Source of the DNA: an uncultured virus (IMG/VR IMGVR_UViG_3300030330_004305)
Lineage: Duplodnaviria > Heunggongvirae > Uroviricota > Caudoviricetes
Strand: one strand, 5' to 3'
Length of the DNA stretch: 55,027 nt
IMG/VR virus record: IMGVR_UViG_3300030330_004305
Shown here piece by piece: positions 1 through 9,604 of this stretch (position 1 is its first letter; each line of letters starts with the position of its first letter). A program made the position numbers and the translations under genes. The notes under the pieces were generated by a model that was given only the letters and a program-made list of their open reading frames with translations, had not been told where the DNA came from and ran no database searches.

Positions 1-1
1 G

Positions 2-940
2 TATCTCAGGAAACTTAACAGAGATGGCTGGAATAGAAAAATGCGTCATGTTGAAAAAAATAGTGATGAGTTTATTGAATATGGTAAAAGGGTAAATAAT
101 GAGCTTGATGTCTTTACTTCTATTGGGCTTTCTAGCTATTTTCTTATTGTCGATGACATTCTTAATTTCGTTAGAAGCAAGGGATATATTACCGGCCCCG
201 GAAGAGGTTCTGCTGCTGGTTGTATGGTTTCTAATCTACTGGGCATTACTCAGGTAGATCCAGTACCTTATAATCTTATCTTTGAAAGATTTTACAATGC
301 AGGCAGAAATGCTCCCGGTAAAATATCTTGGCCTGATATTGACTTTGATATACCAAAAGCTGCTAGAGAAGAAACAATCGAATACATTAAAAGTAAATAT
401 GGAGAAGAGTGTGTTGCACAAATACAAACATTCCAAACACTAAAGGGAAAAGCTTCATTAACAAGAGTAATGGGTGCTCGTGGCAATATCTCATTTGACG
501 AACAAAAAGCTATTACAAAGTGCTTGCAAGATGAAGCAAAGGTATCTGATGAACTTAAAGATATTGAAGAAGAATATGGATATTCATCTAGCATTTTATG
601 GGCACTTGAAAATACACCCGATAAACTAAAACAGTGGTGTCATATAGGAAAAGAAGGAAAGCTAGAAGGAAGGCTTGCAAAAATATTTGAGCAAGCGATT
701 AGGATTGAGCATACAAAAATTATTGCAGGCACACATGCTGCTGGTATTGTTATTTCAAGTAACCCTATTAGTGATTCATGCCCTATGGTATTAGACAGTA
801 AAGGGAAAAGTTATCGTGCTGGATTTGACGGCCCTAGCTGCGAAGATTCAGGGCTACTTAAACTTGATTGTCTTGCAATTCGCGGATTAGATAAGGTAAT
901 GGATGTGGTTAATATAGTTGGTGGTGAAGACCTATGCTAA
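2..940 (+). CDS. dnaE: DNA polymerase III alpha subunit, N-terminal half (palm/thumb); 5'-truncated by window edge
   Basis: Motifs GPGRGSAAG, FERF, PDIDFD (two catalytic Asp), GTHAAG, LLKLDCL (third Asp). Frame is open upstream of ATG 41 to the window start (YLRKLNRDGWNRK). Confidence 0.95.
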   Translation, partial: YLRKLNRDGWNRKMRHVEKNSDEFIEYGKRVNNELDVFTSIGLSSYFLIVDDILNFVRSKGYITGPGRGSAAGCMVSNLLGITQVDPVPYNLIFERFYNAGRNAPGKISWPDIDFDIPKAAREETIEYIKSKYGEECVAQIQTFQTLKGKASLTRVMGARGNISFDEQKAITKCLQDEAKVSDELKDIEEEYGYSSSILWALENTPDKLKQWCHIGKEGKLEGRLAKIFEQAIRIEHTKIIAGTHAAGIVISSNPISDSCPMVLDSKGKSYRAGFDGPSCEDSGLLKLDCLAIRGLDKVMDVVNIVGGEDLC

Positions 941-959
941 TAAACAAGGAGCAAATTAT

Positions 960-1652
960 ATGAAGAATAATCGTTGGATAATATGTTTTGATTTTGAAAC
1001 TGATCTTCCAGATAAGGACTTGTGCAACCCTGTCCAATTGGCAGCGGTTCCAATTGACCCAGAAACATTAGAAGTTAAAAAAGATCAAGCTTTTAATGCT
1101 ATGATAAAACCAGAAGGAATTGATAAACCAGAATACTTTGATGTTCCTAAAAGAGAGGCGACTATAAATTGGCACGCACAAAACTATGGAATTACATACG
1201 AGGAAGTCATTGAAAAATGGAAAACTGGTGTTTCTGAAAAGGTTGCTTGGAAAAACTTTGCAACCTATTGCAAAAAATACACCGTAGACAAAAAACCCGG
1301 ACAATGGTTTCCAGAACCGATACCTGCGGGGTATAATATCACTGGGTTTGATATTCCAATCGCTGAGAGGTTGTGCAAAAAGCATAAAATTAAAATGCCA
1401 TTCTCATCAGTAACAAAATTAGATGCTATGGATAATTTATTCTGGTGGTTTGAAAATCTAGAAGAACCATATGATTTTAAAATGGATACTTGGAGAAAGT
1501 TCTTTGGAATTAAAATGAAAGGTGGAATAGCACATGACGCACTGACTGATGTTTTTGAAGAGTCTGCTATTGTTACTAGATTTATGAAGTTTCATAGAAA
1601 ACAATCTTCTGTTGGTAAATTTAAAGGAAGCTTTGCGAATGTTTCGATATAG
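960..1652 (+). CDS. DEDDh 3'-5' exonuclease (DnaQ/epsilon-like proofreading subunit)
   Basis: ExoI FDFETD, ExoII GYNITGFD, ExoIII HDALTDV; AGGAG RBS before ATG 960. Confidence 0.9.
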   Translation: MKNNRWIICFDFETDLPDKDLCNPVQLAAVPIDPETLEVKKDQAFNAMIKPEGIDKPEYFDVPKREATINWHAQNYGITYEEVIEKWKTGVSEKVAWKNFATYCKKYTVDKKPGQWFPEPIPAGYNITGFDIPIAERLCKKHKIKMPFSSVTKLDAMDNLFWWFENLEEPYDFKMDTWRKFFGIKMKGGIAHDALTDVFEESAIVTRFMKFHRKQSSVGKFKGSFANVSI

Positions 1653-1926
1653 ATTAGCATTGGCAATTATTTTTGTTTTGCTTTGTATAGTAGACAATAT
1701 ATTTACATATGAAGTAACAAGATGGCCTTTATACCAAGAAATAGCACCGGTCGCAGTCCTCATGCTTTCAATACCATACGGACTTTGGATTCAAAAGTTT
1801 TGTGTGTGTCTGGGTTTGTATTATTTTAGAGAGAAGATTAGTAATCAATTTTTGTGTGTTTTAAACGCAGCTATGCTGTTCATAGTTTGCAACAACGGCT
1901 ACTTATATTGTAGGGTAATATTTTAA
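1639..1926 (+). CDS. small multi-pass membrane protein (DUF5658-like)
   Basis: Three hydrophobic segments, D-x3-T...E-x2-P pattern; overlaps both neighbours. Confidence 0.55.
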   Translation: MFRYRLALAIIFVLLCIVDNIFTYEVTRWPLYQEIAPVAVLMLSIPYGLWIQKFCVCLGLYYFREKISNQFLCVLNAAMLFIVCNNGYLYCRVIF

Positions 1927-2255
1927 TGTATGAATATAATGCTAAAGTTGATCGTGTTGTTGATGGAGACACTGTAGACTTTATTGTTGATCTTGGATTT
2001 AATATCAATATAAAGATCAGGACTAGACTGATTGGTGTTGACACACCAGAAAGAGGACATCCAGACTGGAAAAAGGCAACAGCCGAATGTGCAAGATTGC
2101 TTTCTTCTGTAGCAGATATTCACAGTGCTTCTATTGGAAAACCAGAACACTGGGTAAAAATAAAAACAACGAAAACAGGGAAATATGGTCGTTGGCTTGT
2201 AGAAGTTGATGGTGTAACAGATAAATTAGCAGAGACTTGGCCCTATGAAAAATAA
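1926..2255 (+). CDS. thermonuclease (staphylococcal nuclease/SNase family), short form
   Basis: VDRVVDGDTVD, RLIGVDTPE, GKYGRWL motifs. Confidence 0.88.
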   Translation: MYEYNAKVDRVVDGDTVDFIVDLGFNINIKIRTRLIGVDTPERGHPDWKKATAECARLLSSVADIHSASIGKPEHWVKIKTTKTGKYGRWLVEVDGVTDKLAETWPYEK

Positions 2256-3882
2256 CTATATTGAGTTCCCGTGTGGCTGTAAGTTTGAAAAAAACTCCAA
2301 AGGTCTTCCAGTATTCAATCCTAATATTGAAGCACTTCCATTGCATTGTGAAAGAACTTGGGATATGATTTGCGAAGGGAATACAAAGGGTGTATTTCAG
2401 CTTGAATCTCAACTCGGTCAAAGCAAAGCAAAAGAAGTAAAGCCAAGAAGTATAGAAGAACTATCAGACCTAATTGCAATCATCAGGCCGGGGTGTGGTG
2501 ATGCAATTGTAGACGGTAAATCTCTTACCCAACACTATATTGATCGTAAAGCAGGAAGAGATGATGTCAAATACTTTGATCCCAGACTAAAACCAATATT
2601 AGAACCAACTTATGGAATCTTGGTATATCAAGAACAAGCTATGCAAATAGCACAATTGGTTGCTAATTTTTCTTTAGGTCAAGCGGATAATCTTCGTAAG
2701 GCTATTGGTAAAAAGAATGTTGATCTTATGGCCAAGGTAAAGAAAGAATTTTTAGAAGGTGCTATTGCTCAAGGAAACTTTACTGAAAAAGACGCTGAAG
2801 AGATTTTTAGTTGGATCGAGAAGTCTCAAAAATACTCGTTTAACAAATCTCACTCAGTAAGTTACGCACTCAATGGATATCAAACTGCTTATGCCAAAGC
2901 TCATTTTCCTAGAGCTTTTTTCACCTCATATCTTCGTCATGCTGATGGTAAACCAAAGCCATTTGAAGAAATAAATGAATTAGTAAATAACGCTAGATCT
3001 ATGGATATAGACGTGCAGCCACCTAGCATTGTTAATATGAACTCTAATTTTTGTTTAGTAAATAAACTTCCAACATTTGGTCTAGTGAATGTTAAAAGCG
3101 TTGGTATGAGTGTGTTTAAGCAAATAGATGCAGTAGTAAAGCAAAATTCATATAATGTGTCTGATATGGGCTGGGATAAATTTTTAATGAAGGTTGGTAG
3201 GTATATTAAAAGTAATTCTTTTGAATCTATGATTAGAGCCGGTGTTTTTGATTGCTACAAGAAACAAAGAAATAAAATGCTTTATGACTTTAACATATAT
3301 AAAGAGTTAAAAGATTTTGATAAAGACTATCTTACAAAAACAAAGTGTAAAACATTTGTAGAAGCTCTTGAAGATTTGATCCCATACATTAAAAAGACTA
3401 AAAGAGCTACAGTGCATACGGAAAGACATATTGAGCAAGTTAGAGGGTCAATATCAGCACTAAAATCCCCACCATATGAATTGATTGACAGGCCAGCTTG
3501 GAGGGCAAAGCAAGAGAGAGATTTGCTTGGCGTAGAAATAACATGCTCAGAAGTTGATGAGTATGATACAACAGATGGAAATTGCAGTTGTAGAGAATAT
3601 GTAAAAGGTTTTGAATCTAATTACATAGCTATAGCAGCACAAATAAGTGACATTAGAGAATGGAAGATCAGGGGCGGAAAACACAAGGGAGAGAAGATGG
3701 CATTCTTAAAAATTAGTGACAGTTCTTGTTCGCTTGATAATGTTACTGTTTTTTCAGAAGACTGGCAAAAACTAAAAAGTAAAATTGTTATAGGTAAGAT
3801 ATTGCTTCTTAGAGGAAACAGAGATAAAAATCGAGGAAGTTTTTTAGTAAAACAAGCACAAAACCTAGAACAATGTATATAA
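2245..3882 (+). CDS. dnaE: DNA polymerase III alpha subunit, C-terminal half (fingers, HhH, OB-fold)
   Basis: GVFQLES, IRPG, TYGILVYQEQ, LRKAIGKK, YSFNKSHSVSY, C-terminal OB-like KGEKMAFLKISD. Confidence 0.95.
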   Translation: MKNNYIEFPCGCKFEKNSKGLPVFNPNIEALPLHCERTWDMICEGNTKGVFQLESQLGQSKAKEVKPRSIEELSDLIAIIRPGCGDAIVDGKSLTQHYIDRKAGRDDVKYFDPRLKPILEPTYGILVYQEQAMQIAQLVANFSLGQADNLRKAIGKKNVDLMAKVKKEFLEGAIAQGNFTEKDAEEIFSWIEKSQKYSFNKSHSVSYALNGYQTAYAKAHFPRAFFTSYLRHADGKPKPFEEINELVNNARSMDIDVQPPSIVNMNSNFCLVNKLPTFGLVNVKSVGMSVFKQIDAVVKQNSYNVSDMGWDKFLMKVGRYIKSNSFESMIRAGVFDCYKKQRNKMLYDFNIYKELKDFDKDYLTKTKCKTFVEALEDLIPYIKKTKRATVHTERHIEQVRGSISALKSPPYELIDRPAWRAKQERDLLGVEITCSEVDEYDTTDGNCSCREYVKGFESNYIAIAAQISDIREWKIRGGKHKGEKMAFLKISDSSCSLDNVTVFSEDWQKLKSKIVIGKILLLRGNRDKNRGSFLVKQAQNLEQCI

Positions 3883-3895
3883 TAAGGATATATAA

Positions 3896-4342
3896 ATGGA
3901 CGAATTGATAGAAAAAAATATGGGGCTTGTTGTCTCAATAGTAAATTCTTTTGGACCCAAGAATCATACTGAGCGTCAAGATTTAATGGACGCAGGCAGA
4001 ATAGGGCTTTGGAAAGCTTTACAAAAATATAACAGAGAAAATGGTCACTTGATTTCTACCTATGCTTGGAGACCAATAAGGTGGTCAATAATTAGGGAGA
4101 TAAAGAGCAGGAAAAAATTCGTATCTATAGAAAATATAGCATCTCCAGTTGTTGAATCAAAACAAAACTTATGGGAATGTTATACTGATGATATGTCACC
4201 TGAAGAACAAATCTTAATTGATTTAAGAAAAGAAGGATATAAATTTCATGAAATATGTGACATTCTAGATGAAACTCCTTCTAAAGTAAAAAATAAATTT
4301 TATAAACTTATAAAAAGATTAAGAGAAGCAAATGCAACGTAA
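3896..4342 (+). CDS. phage sigma-70 family RNA polymerase sigma factor
   Basis: Region 2 signature LIEKNMGLVVSIV...DLMDAGRIGLWKALQKYN...STYA; C-terminal HTH-like GYKFHEICDIL. Confidence 0.85.
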   Translation: MDELIEKNMGLVVSIVNSFGPKNHTERQDLMDAGRIGLWKALQKYNRENGHLISTYAWRPIRWSIIREIKSRKKFVSIENIASPVVESKQNLWECYTDDMSPEEQILIDLRKEGYKFHEICDILDETPSKVKNKFYKLIKRLREANAT

Positions 4343-5978
4343 GAAAAGAATACTCTTTGTAACTGAATCTCATAAACTAGCTTCTGGATTTGGGACTTAT
4401 GCAAAAGAGATACTGAACAGAATATACAAAACTGGTAAGTATGAAATAGCAGAATTCGGCTGCTATATGAGTCCTATCGAGAATGAATCAACGGATTGGT
4501 TGATATATGGAAATGCTCCAATGCCTCATGAAGAGGAATATCGCAAAGAGCATACCTCCAATCCAAATGTGCAATGGGGGATTGCTAGATTTGAACATGC
4601 TGTCTTAGACTTTAAGCCAGACATAGTTGTTACCTATAGAGATCCTTGGATGGATGCGTACATAGCTGACAGCGTACTGCTTCCCTTTTTTCACTGGGTT
4701 TGGATGCCAACAGTAGATAGCGAACCTCAAAAAAATGAATGGCTATATTGGTTTAATAAATGTGATGGGTTAATGGCATATTCTGAATATGGTATCAGAA
4801 CACTAGAAAACCAAACACATGGAAGATTAAAGGTAACAGATTGTGCATCGCCAGCTATTGATCCAAATACTTTTAATATAATCCCAAATAAAGCAAAGCA
4901 CAAACAAAGTATGGGAATTGATCCAGATAGCTTTATAGTTGGAACAGTGATGCGTAATCAGAAAAGAAAAATGTTCCCAGACCTTATAAAAAGCTTCAAA
5001 ATGTTTCTTGAAAATGCACCAAAAGAAATAGCGGAAAAATCTTTTCTTTATCTACACACTAGTTACCCAGAAAAAATGGGATGGGATATAACATCGTTAG
5101 TACACGAGTATGGAATAGGATCAAAAATTCTTGTAACTTATACTTGTAAGGCATGTAAAAAGTATTTTTGTTCTAATTATAGAGATGCCATAACTCAGTG
5201 TAACCACTGTGGAAAAACTGCTGCAACAATGCCGGGAGTCACTAACGGTCTAGACCATTCCGACCTACCTAATATATATAACTTGATGGATTTGTACGTG
5301 CAATATGCAATCTGTGAAGGCTTTGGTATGCCTCAAGTAGAAGCCGCAGCGTGTGGGACACCAATAGCGTCTATTGATTATAGTGCTATGGAAGATGTTG
5401 TTAAGCACTGTAAAGGATATCCTATCAAGCCAAATCTTCAAAGAGAAATGGAAACAAACGCACAAAGATCGGGTCATAATAACGAAGAATTAGCAAACAT
5501 TATGCTAAAATGTGCTTCTCAAAATGACGCACAAAGGAAAAAACAAAGGCTTGAAACAAGGAAAGGCTGTATTTCAAGGTATACTTGGGACAAAGCTGCA
5601 AAAAGCTGGGAAAAATATTTTGATAGTGTTGAAAGAACAAAGCCACTAGAAGGACAATGGGATGCTCCAAGGCTTATGCGTCCTGTACCAAATGAAATGC
5701 CTAAACAACATATAAACAACCAGCAGTTTTCAGAGTGGATTTATAATGATGTAGTGCAAGATGATTCAGAAAAATTTTCATACAAAATGCTCTTCATGAT
5801 AAGAAATTTAAATTTTGGAGCTAGAATTGGTGGCGACATGTCTCCCTACACTAAAGAAAATGCTTTTAACGATTCTAAACATTTGGCAAATAGAAGACTT
5901 TACTTTGATACAATTAGGTGTGAAGGATTGCAACCGCAAGATTTTATAATTCAAGCACATAACAGGATTAAGAAATGA
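4332..5978 (+). CDS. GT-B (GT4-like) glycosyltransferase with Zn-ribbon insertion
   Basis: N-terminal SGFGTYA, VMRNQKRK, EGFGMPQVEAAACGTP (E-x7-E), YTWDKAA; CxxC...CxxC insert. Confidence 0.9.
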   Translation: MQRKKRILFVTESHKLASGFGTYAKEILNRIYKTGKYEIAEFGCYMSPIENESTDWLIYGNAPMPHEEEYRKEHTSNPNVQWGIARFEHAVLDFKPDIVVTYRDPWMDAYIADSVLLPFFHWVWMPTVDSEPQKNEWLYWFNKCDGLMAYSEYGIRTLENQTHGRLKVTDCASPAIDPNTFNIIPNKAKHKQSMGIDPDSFIVGTVMRNQKRKMFPDLIKSFKMFLENAPKEIAEKSFLYLHTSYPEKMGWDITSLVHEYGIGSKILVTYTCKACKKYFCSNYRDAITQCNHCGKTAATMPGVTNGLDHSDLPNIYNLMDLYVQYAICEGFGMPQVEAAACGTPIASIDYSAMEDVVKHCKGYPIKPNLQREMETNAQRSGHNNEELANIMLKCASQNDAQRKKQRLETRKGCISRYTWDKAAKSWEKYFDSVERTKPLEGQWDAPRLMRPVPNEMPKQHINNQQFSEWIYNDVVQDDSEKFSYKMLFMIRNLNFGARIGGDMSPYTKENAFNDSKHLANRRLYFDTIRCEGLQPQDFIIQAHNRIKK

Positions 5979-7063
5979 ATGTATTTTATGTCGGCCCCTA
6001 TAGACAAGCTGACGGATGGGGAATAGCCAGTAGAAGCCTCGCTAAAATTATATCACAGCAAGAAGGTATTGATCTTACTTGCAGACCAATATGGTATAAT
6101 TTAAACTCGTTACAACAAGATATAGGAATTCTTGAAGCTTGCGAAAATAAAAAGCTAGAAAAAAAAGAAACTCTAATACAATTTGGATTACCTCAATATT
6201 TAAATTATAATGGAGATTTTAAAAGAAATATAGCTGCTACTATTGTTGATTGTAGAATTGATAATATGAGTTGGGTTGCTAACTTAAATCTATTTGATGA
6301 GATATTAGTATTTTCTAAAAATGAAAAAACAATACTTGAAGAATCAGGTATAAAAAGTAACATTCGCAATTTGAATGCTTTGCCAATCGAATTACATGAG
6401 CCAATAACAGAGTTTGATGTGGATGAATTTGGGCCGCTGTATACCTTCTACACAAATGCTGGCTTAGGAACTAATTCAGGTCTCAGAGAAACAATCGTTG
6501 CGTTTCTTTCTTCCTTTACAGCACTAGATAATCAAGTATTAGTAATATTTTGCAATGAACAAAACTCACAACAAATATCGGAAGAAATAGATTTAATAAA
6601 AAAATCACTAAATATATTTGGCAATATAAATGATATGTATCCAAGAATAGGTATAATCAAGGCAGAAGATCAATCTTTAATTAATCATGCTCATTCAACA
6701 TTTGACTGCTTTATTGATTTATCATATAATTCATCATTAACCTACCAGACTATTCATGCGTTTTCTAAAAACCGACCTGCAATTTTGCTGGATACTTGCA
6801 AAGATCAAATTGGTGAAGATTATGGGTTGCTTGTAAAATCAATTGAAGAGCCTTCATTCACTCAACAAAGACCAGTAAAGGGTATGTATTCTGGAGAGCA
6901 AGCTTGGTCAAAACCCAAAATACAAGACATAAAAAACAAAATGATTTCTGTAAGCAGCGATAATACTATAGCAGACAAAGCAAAAGAAGTAATATACAAA
7001 TTTAATTCAAATTATAGTTTTGGCAATAATCAAAAAATAAAAGAGATTTTATGTATCCAATAG
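5975..7063 (+). CDS. divergent GT-B glycosyltransferase-like protein
   Basis: N-terminal YVGPYRQADGWGIASR resembles phage GT4 N-termini; the E-x7-E motif is not evident. Confidence 0.6.
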   Translation: MNVFYVGPYRQADGWGIASRSLAKIISQQEGIDLTCRPIWYNLNSLQQDIGILEACENKKLEKKETLIQFGLPQYLNYNGDFKRNIAATIVDCRIDNMSWVANLNLFDEILVFSKNEKTILEESGIKSNIRNLNALPIELHEPITEFDVDEFGPLYTFYTNAGLGTNSGLRETIVAFLSSFTALDNQVLVIFCNEQNSQQISEEIDLIKKSLNIFGNINDMYPRIGIIKAEDQSLINHAHSTFDCFIDLSYNSSLTYQTIHAFSKNRPAILLDTCKDQIGEDYGLLVKSIEEPSFTQQRPVKGMYSGEQAWSKPKIQDIKNKMISVSSDNTIADKAKEVIYKFNSNYSFGNNQKIKEILCIQ

Positions 7064-7992
7064 AGAATATAATTAGAAACGCAGAGAAAAAAGATAGTAA
7101 AGATCGTCTATCAATATTAATAGTAAACGATGGAAATGATCGTTACATACAGTCTATGGCAAAAAAATTGAGTCATGATTTCTATCTAGTTGATAACATT
7201 ACGGGAAGCGGAAGACAATGGAAAAGCAAAGTCAGGCCAGAAAACCTATCCCTGCTTAATGATTTATCTCAAATTCCTAGTAGATATGTAGATGCAATAA
7301 TTGTTTTCAACAGAACTAATGAATACGAAAAAGCAGATTTTATTTCAAAAAATTTTTCTGTCCCACTTATAGTTATTGATACAGTTACAAGTCAACATAA
7401 AGTATGTGTTCCGTTTGGTGCTTCGACCAATATTGAAAATCCATCTCATATCTTAAATAGAAATATTGACACATGCGTTGCACTGAACGATACTATATTG
7501 CGTAGTTGGATAAACAATAATTCATCTTTATGTGTAAAGATCAACCATCTTCCAAATAATATAAAACGAGATCAAAACTCTAATCTTGTATTGTTAGACC
7601 CAGAATTAGATCGTAACTATTTGGGCAGCATGGGAGTTAATTTTCAAAATGAGATTTACACTAATGATCCTGAGAAGGCTTGTGTATATCTAAACATGTG
7701 GCAAAGCGTAACCCCTCTGATGATAGATTGTATGCACAACGGCATACCTGTTGCAACCATTGCTAATAATGAGTTTGAAGATCTTATAAAGAAAGAATGT
7801 TGCATTGTAATAGATAATCTAACTTTATTTAATGACCCTAACAATGTAACAAATTTGCTTCAATTTCAAAAATTACAGAATGTAATAGATAATGCAAAAT
7901 CATATTTTGAGTATGAAGAGCAGAATTTTAAAAATAAATGGAATAATATTATTAATCATGTATGCAACAAAATATTTATGGGAGTACGATAA
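7051..7992 (+). CDS. putative glycosyltransferase-like protein
   Basis: PLMIDCMHNGIPVAT and terminal FKNKWNNII resemble GT-B C-terminal features; cluster context. Confidence 0.5.
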   Translation: MYPIENIIRNAEKKDSKDRLSILIVNDGNDRYIQSMAKKLSHDFYLVDNITGSGRQWKSKVRPENLSLLNDLSQIPSRYVDAIIVFNRTNEYEKADFISKNFSVPLIVIDTVTSQHKVCVPFGASTNIENPSHILNRNIDTCVALNDTILRSWINNNSSLCVKINHLPNNIKRDQNSNLVLLDPELDRNYLGSMGVNFQNEIYTNDPEKACVYLNMWQSVTPLMIDCMHNGIPVATIANNEFEDLIKKECCIVIDNLTLFNDPNNVTNLLQFQKLQNVIDNAKSYFEYEEQNFKNKWNNIINHVCNKIFMGVR

Positions 7993-8385
7993 GTGATAAG
8001 TAAGAAAATTAATTTGGTGATTGATAAGGTGAATCAGTCAGATTTTACTGAAGAAGATCTTCAAAATGCACCTGATGGGTTCTTTGAAGAAATATTCGTT
8101 TCAGACTTGCTTGAATTGTCAAAGAATAACGCAATCATAGAAGATGTTATAAAAAAAGTAAGGAAAAATGGAATTGTCAAGTTAAATGGCATTGATGGAA
8201 TTGATATGTGCCGCAAAAGTTACTACGGAGAAACACCAATCGAAGAATGCTCAATGTATTTTGGTGCAGTAAACAGGATTAACTCTGTAATTTCAATTAA
8301 GAAATATTTTGAAAAAATTGGATGGCAAATCAATTTTGCTGGAATAAACTCAGGGAGATATTTTGTAGAGGCAAAAAGAAAATGA
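7993..8385 (+). CDS. hypothetical protein, degenerate SAM-methyltransferase-like fragment
   Basis: FEEIFVSDLLE...KKVRKNGIVKL resembles Methyltransf_11 motifs; no GxG motif; GTG start. Confidence 0.35.
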   Translation: MISKKINLVIDKVNQSDFTEEDLQNAPDGFFEEIFVSDLLELSKNNAIIEDVIKKVRKNGIVKLNGIDGIDMCRKSYYGETPIEECSMYFGAVNRINSVISIKKYFEKIGWQINFAGINSGRYFVEAKRK

Positions 8386-9218
8386 GCGAAAAAGAAGAAG
8401 TATCAGTAAACCATGTACATACAATTTGTAAGGAATGTGTATTTGCAAAATGGGAAAACAATACGCAAACCGGATGTAAGCTTGATAGAATAAATGACTA
8501 TGAGAAAGCCGGAGTAAACATTGTTGGTATAAAAGATGAAGATAAAGAATATTTTGTAATTGATGGAAGATATTGTGTTTACTATAGAAACACAGAAATA
8601 ATGAAAGATTATCCAAGAGATACTTGGGAAGAAATAGTGAATCTTCAGGTTAAAGTTCCATATCATGCTATGGTTATTGTAAATGAAGAAGATGATTTTA
8701 AAACAGTAAAGAAATGTTGTAAAGCCCTCAAAAATCAGAAGTACTCGCCAAACCTAGTGACACTAATCAATAAGCAATATCCTAAATACGTTAAAGAACA
8801 GGATAATGCTATACCTCCTAGCAAACTTTTACAACTACTTAAAGATTCAGAATTTCATCAATTTAGTTTTAAAAATATATATGATCAATCCCTTGACGAT
8901 AGAGCCTTGGTAGATTTAGTTTTTGATAGTGCAAAAGAAAATAGATATCCTTTTTATGTTGTCTTTAATGCTAATTTCGACATACCGCAAGAATTTAGCG
9001 AAGAATTTAATAATTCAATATTAGTAAAAATGATGCAGGTAGGATTTGCAAAACCCGTAGACGATATAAATGGGATGATTGGCAACAGGGTTGCACACAA
9101 AAAGCACTCTGGAAATTCTTTTGGAAGAAATCTAGAAGATAAAATAATTAATCTTGAAGATGACGGTGAAAAATTTGTATTTGAAATAGGGGATGTATGC
9201 CCATGCTTAAAGAAATAG
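8382..9218 (+). CDS. hypothetical protein with N-terminal Cys cluster (CKECVF...C...C)
   Basis: Long ORF; ATGA overlap with upstream stop at 8382-8385. Confidence 0.7.
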   Translation: MSEKEEVSVNHVHTICKECVFAKWENNTQTGCKLDRINDYEKAGVNIVGIKDEDKEYFVIDGRYCVYYRNTEIMKDYPRDTWEEIVNLQVKVPYHAMVIVNEEDDFKTVKKCCKALKNQKYSPNLVTLINKQYPKYVKEQDNAIPPSKLLQLLKDSEFHQFSFKNIYDQSLDDRALVDLVFDSAKENRYPFYVVFNANFDIPQEFSEEFNNSILVKMMQVGFAKPVDDINGMIGNRVAHKKHSGNSFGRNLEDKIINLEDDGEKFVFEIGDVCPCLKK

Positions 9219-9604
9219 AGATAATAGAGGCTAATAAAGGTCTACAGTACTTCATGGATAGTTGGAATAAAATCCAAGAAGATTCTATAGTATACGTATC
9301 TATAGATGGATTTGAAAGAAGCAAAGATTTTGATAGTCTTGTGCTAGATATTTTTGATAATGATGATACAGTCGGATTTGTTTATACAGATTTTTTTATA
9401 TATGACTCAAATGGTTTAAATATAGCTCAGTTTTTAGACGATAAAAACCTACCCAGCATCCCTTTCTTTGTAAAAAAGAAAAATAACTTAAATATGCAAT
9501 TTGTTCAAGAACAGAATATTATATCATCTATGATGCAAATGTATATTAATCATGGATATAAGTTTGAACACTTAGCAGAAAACTGTCTCGGACATGTTAT
9601 ATGA
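9197..9604 (+). CDS. hypothetical protein, possible GT2-like fragment
   Basis: DTVGFVYTDF and GYKFEHL resemble GT-A fold segments. Confidence 0.4.
   Translation: MPMLKEIEIIEANKGLQYFMDSWNKIQEDSIVYVSIDGFERSKDFDSLVLDIFDNDDTVGFVYTDFFIYDSNGLNIAQFLDDKNLPSIPFFVKKKNNLNMQFVQEQNIISSMMQMYINHGYKFEHLAENCLGHVI

Noticed and set aside
900..2300. Split intein or intron joining the dnaE halves
   Set aside because: No intein terminal motifs; the gap is filled by three ordinary ORFs with no room for intron structure
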